From the IMG/VR virus record IMGVR_UViG_3300048672_000524, positions 64,001-103,964 of that record: a DNA stretch of 39,964 nucleotides, one strand, 5' to 3'. This DNA is from a virus. Lineage: Duplodnaviria; Heunggongvirae; Uroviricota; Caudoviricetes. Under the pieces are notes generated by a model, which worked only from the letters and a program-made list of their open reading frames with translations, had not been told where the DNA came from and ran no database searches. Numbering within the stretch: the first letter of the stretch is position 1; each line of letters opens with the position of its first letter. Of this stretch, positions 32,569 through 39,964 are shown piece by piece. The translations under genes were made by a program, and so were the position numbers.

Positions 32569-32805
32569 ATGTTTAAGACTTATTTATGGAATATAGCGGT
32601 AGCCTTAGATCAGTTTCTAAATACTGCTTTAGGTGGCGATCCTGATATGACTTTATCAGGTAGAATGGGTAGGGCTATTAAACAGAATAAATGTTACCTT
32701 TGTAGAGCAATCTGTTTAGTACTTAATAAGTTTGAAATTAATCACTGTATTAAACAAGATATTAACGAACAAGACGAAGGTAGGGACGAAATATGGCATC
32801 TATAA
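32569..32805 (+). CDS. conserved phage hypothetical protein
   Basis: 'YLWNI..ALDQF.N..LGGDPD.T.SGR.G' motif seen in many phages (recall); coupled to its neighbours. Confidence 0.7.
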   Translation: MFKTYLWNIAVALDQFLNTALGGDPDMTLSGRMGRAIKQNKCYLCRAICLVLNKFEINHCIKQDINEQDEGRDEIWHL

Positions 32806-33089
32806 TTGGATATTTTAGCAGTAGAGTAAAGAACTTTGATAAGTATTTACATTTTATCATTGGCTTCACTATAGCGCTACTAACTAGTTTAATTGAACCA
32901 GGTTTCGCATCTTCCGTTGGTACTCTAGCTGGATACTTAAAAGAAGAATATGACTCTAAGCACCCAGATAAACATACATATGATGGATGGGATGCTTATA
33001 CTACTGCAGCAGGTGCCGTAGTAGGACAAATGGTAGGTTTGTATTTAGAAAAAGTACATATTATACACCCTTTGTTATCACTGATTTAA
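32793..33089 (+). CDS. small membrane protein (DK.LHF...KE..D family)
   Basis: 'DKYLHFIIGF', 'GYLKEEYD', 'DGWDAYTTAAG'; 2-3 hydrophobic segments. Confidence 0.65.
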   Translation: MASIIGYFSSRVKNFDKYLHFIIGFTIALLTSLIEPGFASSVGTLAGYLKEEYDSKHPDKHTYDGWDAYTTAAGAVVGQMVGLYLEKVHIIHPLLSLI

Positions 33090-33101
33090 TGGAGGATGTT
33101 G

Positions 33102-33692
33102 ATGTCAGCACCTACAAAAACAAACCTTAGAATATATCAAGGAAGTAATTTTGAGCAGGTAATACGATGGGAATCTAATGAAAAAGGTTATGTAAATATA
33201 ACTGGAATTAGTAAGAGTGCCCCTATTATTATTACTGCTCCAGGACACTTACTACCGGCAGGTTGGAGAGTACTGGTAACAGATGTATTAGGTATGAAAG
33301 AAATAAATTCTTCAGATACCTATCATAAGATTACTGTAAAGACTGTAGACTCAGTAGAAATTAATAACCTTAATTCTATGAGTTTTTCAGCATATACTTC
33401 TGGTGGTGTACTAACCTATAATAAGCCCGTAGACTTAACAGGTTTTACGGCAAGAATGCAAATACGAGCTAGTATTTCCGACAGTACTGTACTAGAGGAT
33501 TTAACTACCGAAAATGGTAAAATTGTTATAGATATTGTTAATAAATCTATAACAATTAATTTAAGCGCTACAGCTACCGCTGCGTATACATGGAGCGCTG
33601 GTGTATATAGTCTAGAAATGGTATCTCCGTTAGGAACAGTTACCCAGATTCTAGTTGGAAATGTTGCTTTAGTAAAAGAAGTAACTAGATAA
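33102..33692 (+). CDS. baseplate upper/adaptor-like protein with an inserted FCCH-like beta domain
   Basis: 'IYQGSNF...PVDLTGFTARMQIR...GVYSLEMVS' scaffold interrupted by 'ITGISKSAPIIITAPGH...VTDVLGMKEIN...AYTSGG'; start moved to 33102 (GGAGG 6 nt upstream). Confidence 0.65.
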   Translation: MSAPTKTNLRIYQGSNFEQVIRWESNEKGYVNITGISKSAPIIITAPGHLLPAGWRVLVTDVLGMKEINSSDTYHKITVKTVDSVEINNLNSMSFSAYTSGGVLTYNKPVDLTGFTARMQIRASISDSTVLEDLTTENGKIVIDIVNKSITINLSATATAAYTWSAGVYSLEMVSPLGTVTQILVGNVALVKEVTR

Positions 33693-33706
33693 TTTAAGGA
33701 ATAATT

Positions 33707-34120
33707 ATGGCTTTAAGATTTACTACTGCTCTACGTAACGCACAACAAGATGCTATTACTTCAGCAGCTGGCGCAAGTTGCCAGATTCGCCTATATTCAG
33801 GCACAATCCCTACCAATGCTGATACGGCAGTAGGCGCTCAAGTACTACTTTGTACTCTAACTGGTAATGCTACATTTGCGCCTGCCGCTTCGGGTGGTGT
33901 ATTAACACTAAACGCTATTACCTCAGGTTCAGGTACTGCAGGTGCAGGTGCTGGTACTAACGCTACATGGTTCCGTATTACTAATGCTGCAGGTTCTACA
34001 ACCATTATGGATGGTACTGTAGGTATTTCTGCTAGTGATCTTAACCTTAATAACGTTAATATCGCTACTGGTCAAACCGTTGCTATCTCTAGCTTCACCA
34101 TTACTAACAATAACGTTTAA
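33707..34120 (+). CDS. small virion structural protein (137 aa; candidate filament subunit)
   Basis: Conserved phage family 'ALRNAQ.DAI...IRLYSG..P..AD...WFRI...MDG.VG...DL.L.N..I..GQ.V.I.SFTIT'; TAAGGA RBS; codon style (cgt/aac/ttc/tca) like the capsid and tail tube genes. Confidence 0.7.
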   Translation: MALRFTTALRNAQQDAITSAAGASCQIRLYSGTIPTNADTAVGAQVLLCTLTGNATFAPAASGGVLTLNAITSGSGTAGAGAGTNATWFRITNAAGSTTIMDGTVGISASDLNLNNVNIATGQTVAISSFTITNNNV

Positions 34121-34147
34121 TAGTAATTAGCTAGTAAGGGGTATTTA

Positions 34148-37093
34148 ATGCTAATAGGATTACTTCCTATAGCTAGTAGCCCCATTGCGTCAGAACAAAT
34201 AGATATTAGTAGTAATACTGTGACAGGTATCACGGGTTCCGCAGCTGTAGTACTAGTTAAAGCTAGCTCTACAGCTGTTGGTGCTGTAGGTATTACTGGT
34301 ATTGTTACTTATACTATTCCAAAGGCTACAGCAGCAGTTACTGCTGTAGCTGGTATTAGTGGAGCAGGACCACCTGTACAGGCAGCTAATACTGCTGTAG
34401 CTACAGGTACAGTGTCGGCTTCTAATATTACTGGTACCGCAAGTGCTACTTTAGCTATATCGTCCTCTAATATCACTGGTACTACTGGTATTAGTGGTTC
34501 TTCTGCCAATACTCTACAAAAAGCTACAAGTACTATTACTAGTACTACTGGTATTAGTGGTTCTTCTGCCAATACTTTACAAAGTAATACTGCAAGTGCA
34601 GTAGGCTCCTCTAACCCTAATATTACTGGGTCGGTAGCTTCTACTTTAGTATCCAGTACTTCCAGTGCTGCTGCTACTATATCTACTATAGGTGCTTCAA
34701 GTATTACTACTCAAAGTAATACTAGTATAGCAATAGGTGGAGAACTAGATAATGGTTCTGCCTCTGTCCTCTTAGTAGCTAGTACATCTAATTCTACTGC
34801 TACTAGTATAATTTCTGGTACTTCCTCTACTAGTACTCAATCTAGTACTTCTATAGCTGCAGGTGGCGAAACTGATAATGGTTCTGCTGCTATCAGTACA
34901 GTATCTTCTACTTCTGTAGTACTAGGCACTGTAGGTATCGTAGGTAGTTCTTCTGTTACTTTACAAGTATCTACAAGTATAGCTTCTGGTGGTGAAATTG
35001 GTAATGGAACTGCTAGTATTGTATCTGCATCAGATAGTACTACTTCTATAGGTTTCGTAGGTATTGATGGTACTTCAAACAATACCATAGAAGCTAACCA
35101 GTCAGAATACAACTTTATAGCTATTGCTAATACATTAGCTTTATCGTACAATCCTAGTGCTGCTACTATAACCAATAATGTATTAACCGATCCTTACGGC
35201 GGTACTACTGCTGGATATATAACTACTGTAGCTACTAACCCAGTTTATAACTTTGTAACTGGAGGTAATAGACAGGTAGTAACTGGTGAACAAGTATCAC
35301 AATCCGTATTTATAAAATACGTAGGTGGTGGCAATTTAGGGTTCCAAATCTACTTCGGTGGTGGTACTTCGCAAGGTGGTATACTACCTATATTTAGTTT
35401 TAATAGTGGTATACTATCTAGAATAGGCGGAGCAGCCGCGGGCGTCATAGATGTAGGCAATGGTTGGTACTTAGTATCAGTTAATTATACTGCTACAACT
35501 ACTAGTGTAAGTTCTGCGTATAACTTCACCGTAAGTCAGAACGGCTTAAATGGCGTAGGTATGCCAATAGGCTCTCAGATAGCCTTCTGGGGTTTCCAAG
35601 CTAACTGGGGTTTAACTACTAACAAGTATATTGCGGCGTACCAAAAAGGTACGTACGGGTACTTACCAATAGTATCTCTTTCCGCAGCTACGCAGGCACA
35701 ACGAGATACTAGCTCTGCTTCAGGAACTACTATTTTAGGTATTTCTGGAACTGTTGCAGTAAGTGATACTTCTAGTACTTCCTTTATTACTGGTACTATT
35801 AGTATTAGTGGTAGCTCTACGAATATTCTGCAGAAAAATACTTCTAATGCTTCTGGCGGAGAAACTGACAACGGTTCCGCTAATATCAGCTTAGTATCTA
35901 GTACTCAATCTGCTACTGGTACAGTAGGAGTTACAGGTTCTTCGCTTAACACTTTACAAAGTAATACTAGTATAGCAGTTGGTGGTGAAATAGATAGTGG
36001 TTCGGCATCTATAACTATATTACCTAGCACTTTAGCTGCTATTGGTACAGTTGATATTACTGCTCTAGTATCTACTATAATACAAAGCAATACTTCTATA
36101 GCTAGTGCTACAATTAACATTACTGGTAATTCTTCCGCTACGAATAGTAGTACTAGTACTGCTTCCGGTACTGTAATTAGCGGTATATCTGGAAGTGTTT
36201 CAAGTACTTTAATTAGTAGTACCCCTACTGCTTCTGGTACTATAAGTATTATTGGTACAGCTACAGATATAGAGTCACTAAGTACAATATCTGTATCAGG
36301 TACTGTAAGTATTTACGGCAGTATTAACTATACTACCACACTAACCACTCCTGCTAGTATAGCTTCTGTACTTATTAGTGGTTCGTTAGTAAGTACTTTA
36401 TTAGTTAATTCTGCAATAGGTGTAGGTTCTGTTAGTAACGTATACTCAGGTTCTGTTACAGCTATATTAAGTAGGGATACTTCAAGTGCATTAGGTACTA
36501 TAGGTATTTCTGGTTCTTTAAGTTACACTCAAAATCCTAATACTAGCAGTACTAATGGTATTGATAATATTTTAGGTAGTTTATCTTATATATTACCTCG
36601 TAACACAGCTAACTCACTTGGTTCTTTAAGTATTATAGGATCTTCTTCTTCTAATACTCTTATAAGAGATAGTGTATTAGCCTCTGGCGGTGAAATAGAC
36701 TCCGGCAGTGCTAATATTAGTATAGCTTCTAATACTTGTAATATTAATGGTACTACAGGTATTATAGGTAGTCTAACCTATAATATAAATACTACTACTG
36801 CTGTATTTGTGGGTATTAGTACTATAAATGGCACTGTAAATGTATATGACGTACCTCAAATTTCAGATGCGTATGACTTTGTACAGTCTACAACAGACTT
36901 TACAGACCAACTAGTTTATTCATCTATTGATTCAGTTATACACCACGTAGCTACTGAACTTATTACGTGGTGTACTATGAGTACAGAAGACGTAGCCTGT
37001 GTAATGGATACTTTAGAAACATTTATAACACAAGAATTAGATACCTCCAATCATACAAACGAGTATATAGAAACCTATGCTGTTACTACTTAA
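34148..37093 (+). CDS. Ser/Thr-rich fibre-like protein with a 21-aa periodic repeat and an inserted sugar-binding-like domain
   Basis: GGE(I/T/L)(D/G)(N/S)G(S/T)A motifs spaced 42 aa apart; 'TTGISGSSANTLQ' repeated at 21 aa; globular insert at ~35100-35640; acidic C-terminus. Confidence 0.75.
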   Translation: MLIGLLPIASSPIASEQIDISSNTVTGITGSAAVVLVKASSTAVGAVGITGIVTYTIPKATAAVTAVAGISGAGPPVQAANTAVATGTVSASNITGTASATLAISSSNITGTTGISGSSANTLQKATSTITSTTGISGSSANTLQSNTASAVGSSNPNITGSVASTLVSSTSSAAATISTIGASSITTQSNTSIAIGGELDNGSASVLLVASTSNSTATSIISGTSSTSTQSSTSIAAGGETDNGSAAISTVSSTSVVLGTVGIVGSSSVTLQVSTSIASGGEIGNGTASIVSASDSTTSIGFVGIDGTSNNTIEANQSEYNFIAIANTLALSYNPSAATITNNVLTDPYGGTTAGYITTVATNPVYNFVTGGNRQVVTGEQVSQSVFIKYVGGGNLGFQIYFGGGTSQGGILPIFSFNSGILSRIGGAAAGVIDVGNGWYLVSVNYTATTTSVSSAYNFTVSQNGLNGVGMPIGSQIAFWGFQANWGLTTNKYIAAYQKGTYGYLPIVSLSAATQAQRDTSSASGTTILGISGTVAVSDTSSTSFITGTISISGSSTNILQKNTSNASGGETDNGSANISLVSSTQSATGTVGVTGSSLNTLQSNTSIAVGGEIDSGSASITILPSTLAAIGTVDITALVSTIIQSNTSIASATINITGNSSATNSSTSTASGTVISGISGSVSSTLISSTPTASGTISIIGTATDIESLSTISVSGTVSIYGSINYTTTLTTPASIASVLISGSLVSTLLVNSAIGVGSVSNVYSGSVTAILSRDTSSALGTIGISGSLSYTQNPNTSSTNGIDNILGSLSYILPRNTANSLGSLSIIGSSSSNTLIRDSVLASGGEIDSGSANISIASNTCNINGTTGIIGSLTYNINTTTAVFVGISTINGTVNVYDVPQISDAYDFVQSTTDFTDQLVYSSIDSVIHHVATELITWCTMSTEDVACVMDTLETFITQELDTSNHTNEYIETYAVTT
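34479..34583 (+). repeat. 42-nt near-perfect direct repeat at a 63-nt period
   Basis: 34479-34520 vs 34542-34583, one mismatch. Confidence 0.85.
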
Positions 37094-37451
37094 TCTATTA
37101 AAAAGCTATTGGAAGCAATTAGCTATAGCTGTTATCTTTTTAGCAGCTGCTTTTACTGCATATAACCATGTTTACCAACGTGGTTATATGGCTGCTGAAG
37201 CTACTTATCAAAAACAAATAGCTACTTATCAGGAACAAGTAGCTAAGCGTATTGATAACGTCGAGAAACTGAGTACGACTTTAGTAGAGCAAAGTAATAC
37301 TAACGCTCAGACCTTATCCAAGGATCTGAGCGTTATTTTAACTACTGTAAAGAATAAGCCTTTATATAAAATTGAAAATGGTAAGTGTAGCCCATCGGTA
37401 GATTTTATTGATAGTTATAATGCCGTTATTTTAAGAGGTAATCAGAAATGA
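37077..37451 (+). CDS. i-spanin-like (Rz-like) protein
   Basis: N-terminal TM helix followed by a coiled coil; overlaps the downstream lipoprotein gene. Confidence 0.7.
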   Translation: MLLLLNLLKSYWKQLAIAVIFLAAAFTAYNHVYQRGYMAAEATYQKQIATYQEQVAKRIDNVEKLSTTLVEQSNTNAQTLSKDLSVILTTVKNKPLYKIENGKCSPSVDFIDSYNAVILRGNQK

Positions 37452-37744
37452 AAAAAGCTATTATAATTAGTGTTTTTCTTCTAAGTTTACTTCAAGGATG
37501 TGCTTTTGACGGATTTTTCCAAAAGAAAAATCCGCCTATCATACCTAATAAAGAAGTAAGAATAGACGCTAGAGCTATGGAACCATGTTTACCTTTAGAA
37601 ATAATTAAAGTAGATAGGCCAGAGTTTCTAGATATCCTTAATAACTTAGATACTAATACTAAGTTATATAATGACTGTGCTACTAAACAAAGTAATTCTA
37701 TAAAGTTACTCAAACAGTTTAGTGTAGCTACGGAGTTAAAATGA
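37448..37744 (+). CDS. o-spanin-like (Rz1-like) lipoprotein
   Basis: Signal peptide with lipobox 'LLQGC'; Pro- and Cys-containing mature part ('AMEPCLPL', 'YNDCATKQ'). Confidence 0.75.
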   Translation: MKKAIIISVFLLSLLQGCAFDGFFQKKNPPIIPNKEVRIDARAMEPCLPLEIIKVDRPEFLDILNNLDTNTKLYNDCATKQSNSIKLLKQFSVATELK

Positions 37745-38082
37745 ATAACTTAGTAACTTGGTTAATGGCCAATATTGATATCCCTGCAATAGGTTTTGCA
37801 GTTGTAATGGCTATAGGCCTATGGGTTTTAGCTAAAACTCAAGCAAATCCTACTAATGGATTTGATATGGCCGATATGTTACGTGATGATACGGGTAAGC
37901 CCTCTGCACTACGTTTAGGCATATTTGTATCTCTAGCTGCTACTACTTGGGGCTTAATGTACCATATAATCCATACTCGTGGAGAAGTACATGATTGGCT
38001 ATTTCTTGGATATGCTGCTATTTGGTCAGGTTCTGCAGTAGCTTCTAAAGCTATTGAAATATACGGTGGGAAGAAAGAATGA
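37741..38082 (+). CDS. holin-like membrane protein
   Basis: 113 aa, three hydrophobic segments, charged C-terminus 'YGGKKE', adjacent to the spanins. Confidence 0.6.
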   Translation: MNNLVTWLMANIDIPAIGFAVVMAIGLWVLAKTQANPTNGFDMADMLRDDTGKPSALRLGIFVSLAATTWGLMYHIIHTRGEVHDWLFLGYAAIWSGSAVASKAIEIYGGKKE

Positions 38083-39964
38083 GTAGAATATACGAATATT
38101 TTAATGTATCAGGACAGCCACTAGTAGTAGGCCAATATAACTTTAAATATGGTACTAGCTTTAAAAGTCCTGTTCCTATACCTGAGTTAGAAGCTTTGCT
38201 ATCTGCTAGTATTGATAGAAGAATTTCTGAAGATAGTAAGACTATTAGTGCTGATAATGCAGAAGTAGGTATTGGAAGTGTGTCCTTTACAACTGACGCT
38301 AGCGGTGCCCCTACCATCTGGACAAAGAACAGCGCGGGCGGGGATGTGAGTTTCGACATCAGCAAGAATTTGTCGAATTCAGTCCTTGTGGACATGAATA
38401 GAGTGTTCGGGTGTAAGCCGGGGGATGATGTAACAACAGCAATGCAGACGGTGCTGTTGTCTCTGGCGCAGGGCATTGCGCTCGATGTCGTCTTCAGTGT
38501 GCCGGGAACGTATTTCATCAACGGGGCGCAGCAGACGGGGACGGCACTTGGGTACAACTACAGCGGAAGCATCCTGATTCCAGCAATCGCATGGAATGGT
38601 GGAGCGGCGACACCGTTGCGTATTCGCGGAATGAGTCCAATGACGTCCGGTGATCCGTCAACAGGTGACGCTGGCGGAGGCCTTGTGTTCAAGACCACAA
38701 ACAACACAGCAGGCGGTTATATGTTCGCTGCGGTTCCTCAATTCTCGAAGTGGGGGTTCAACTGGACCGGGGTAATGCCCTATTTCGAGAACATCACCTT
38801 CGTGCATCCAACGGACCCACAAGGTGGCTCGGTCAATGTGGAGTGCTGCATACGCGCCAGCTTTGAGCGCATCGTCTGTGCACAGGGTCAACTCAACTCG
38901 GCCAATTTCCCTACAGGATCAGCCGAGGCCATCATCCTCCCGCAATCAAAGAATAACGGCGATGTGCTTGCCAGGGATATCCAGATTCGCGGCTGGGGTG
39001 CGGGAATGCGGCTGAGTGAACACGCGGTTCTGGACAACGTGCAGTTTTCATACTGCAACAGCGTCTTCACCTGCAATGCGGGAGGGCATTTCAATTGGTT
39101 TGGCTATGTAGACGTTGAGGAGTGCGCCACGATCTTCAAGATCAACGCTGCAGCAACTTGTGTCGTGAATGGCTCTCTCGACATTGAGAACGTGGCTGTC
39201 GGCACCTCGTTCGCGCCCACAGTCTTCGCTGATGTTGGTGCTTCCGGTGGATTGCTCGGGCAGTTGGATGTGTTTTGCGACCCATCTGGAAGCCTCGGCA
39301 TCAAAGGCACGGGCAACGTGAAGATGGAGATTCACAACCTGTCGGAGCCGCGCAAGTTCTCGCACCCAGTTGACACCATGCTGCGCTTGCAAAATGCAGC
39401 GCTTCCATCTGGCTCGGCCCCAGGGATGACTTGGCCCACATTCGATGTCTGGAAAGTGGCCTCGGGAAGCTTTGCACTCTCAGCTGCGGGCGTGCTCACA
39501 AACACCAACGCCGGCAGCAGTTCGGCTTTTTTGCCGGTGCGTGATGGCCTCATCGGAGGCTCAAGCCGCCGAGTGCAATGCACCGTCACGTTGCCGGCAA
39601 CCAACTACGACTTCAGCCTTGCGGCGCATCGTCAACAAAGCGGCGCCCTGGCAACGTGGGCGCGCGTCAACAATGGGAACCTGACGTTTGGAATAGGCTC
39701 CTTAGCTGGTGGTGGGCTCATCAAGACCCTTGCCGGTGTTGTCGCGGGTAGCGGAACCTACACCATTGCAATCGACGTCTTCATCGCCAACGGTGTTCTG
39801 GCCTCTGCGAATCTCTACCTGAATGGGGTTCTCCAGTATTCGCATGCATGCAGCGCCGCCCAGCAGTACGGGGCGACGGCAAGTGACCCTTACCTGTACG
39901 ACGGCATCTATCAGCTCGACAACGGCGCGAACGTCACAGGTATGAGCGCCTTCCGCGTGCTCCC
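38079..39964 (+). CDS. tailspike/depolymerase-like protein (3'-partial, >=628 aa)
   Basis: Absent from the ORF track because it has no stop; hand-translated open frame from the ATG at 38079 (ATGA overlap with the holin) to the window end; 'FGCKPGDDVTTAMQTVL' pectate-lyase-3-like start followed by beta-helix-like sequence. Confidence 0.75.
   Translation, partial: MSRIYEYFNVSGQPLVVGQYNFKYGTSFKSPVPIPELEALLSASIDRRISEDSKTISADNAEVGIGSVSFTTDASGAPTIWTKNSAGGDVSFDISKNLSNSVLVDMNRVFGCKPGDDVTTAMQTVLLSLAQGIALDVVFSVPGTYFINGAQQTGTALGYNYSGSILIPAIAWNGGAATPLRIRGMSPMTSGDPSTGDAGGGLVFKTTNNTAGGYMFAAVPQFSKWGFNWTGVMPYFENITFVHPTDPQGGSVNVECCIRASFERIVCAQGQLNSANFPTGSAEAIILPQSKNNGDVLARDIQIRGWGAGMRLSEHAVLDNVQFSYCNSVFTCNAGGHFNWFGYVDVEECATIFKINAAATCVVNGSLDIENVAVGTSFAPTVFADVGASGGLLGQLDVFCDPSGSLGIKGTGNVKMEIHNLSEPRKFSHPVDTMLRLQNAALPSGSAPGMTWPTFDVWKVASGSFALSAAGVLTNTNAGSSSAFLPVRDGLIGGSSRRVQCTVTLPATNYDFSLAAHRQQSGALATWARVNNGNLTFGIGSLAGGGLIKTLAGVVAGSGTYTIAIDVFIANGVLASANLYLNGVLQYSHACSAAQQYGATASDPYLYDGIYQLDNGANVTGMSAFRVL

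Larger units (their letters stand above)
1..39964. mobile_element. T5-like siphophage genome segment (packaging, head, tail, fibre and partial lysis modules)
   Basis: Contiguous terS-terL-nicking HNH-portal-protease/capsid-neck-tail tube-TAC-tape measure order, with motifs matching recalled T5 proteins; no integrase, repressor or host housekeeping genes in the window. Confidence 0.95.

Noticed and set aside
33180-33420. Ubiquitin-like conjugation system suggested by the E1 FCCH-like motif
   Set aside because: Only a small beta-domain inserted in a structural adaptor; no E1 adenylation domain, E2 or Ubl gene in the window
34148-37093. CRISPR array or non-coding repeat array
   Set aside because: The repeats are degenerate, in frame and protein-coding, with no constant repeat/unique spacer structure
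1758-38082. Stop-codon reassignment (TAG is frequent in the DNA, and none of the called genes I checked ends in TAG)
   Set aside because: All large genes are intact under the standard code with no TAG-broken ORFs; avoidance of TAG stops is common in AT-rich phages
4497-39684. Numerous short antisense or alternate-frame ORFs inside long genes (e.g. 8143..8592, 15565..15915, 25869..26450, 38051..38557, 39048..39392)
   Set aside because: Shadow ORFs arising from biased codon usage; those in the GC-richer cassettes reflect fewer off-frame stops
1-39964. tRNA, rRNA, integrase/att sites or IS elements
   Set aside because: No cloverleaf-like intergenic segment, recombinase, transposase or terminal inverted repeats recognised by eye; tRNAscan-SE would be the formal check

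Overview
The whole window is the virion-morphogenesis arm of a lytic, T5-like (Demerecviridae-related) siphophage. A Gram-negative host is inferred from the spanin pair. Family assignments come from motif recognition and recalled T5 sequences, not from database searches. Bases 1-1500 are a visibly more GC/CpG-rich block of tiny minus-strand genes, including a PQ-loop/SemiSWEET-like membrane protein, driven by strong sigma70-type promoters; this may be the pre-early/terminal-repeat region. From ~1758 everything runs on the + strand: terS, a TPR-glycosyltransferase, an FkbM methyltransferase, terL, a GIY-YIG protein, a T5-type nicking HNH endonuclease, portal, a single protease-scaffold-capsid ORF with an internal start, neck/tail completion genes, tail tube, frameshifted tail chaperones and a 2467-aa tape measure. 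A non-T5 tail tip follows, with many fibre/adhesin genes carrying compositionally foreign in-frame cassettes, a 137-aa subunit paired with a 981-aa Ser/Thr-rich protein of strict 21-residue periodicity, spanins, a holin, and a tailspike-like ORF that runs off the right end. The best candidate for an undescribed system is the translationally coupled TPR-glycosyltransferase/O-methyltransferase pair wedged between terS and terL. Its plausible substrates are the Ser/Thr-rich periodic virion proteins, which would make it a putative virion O-glycosylation (glycan-coated filament) system in a T5-like phage.
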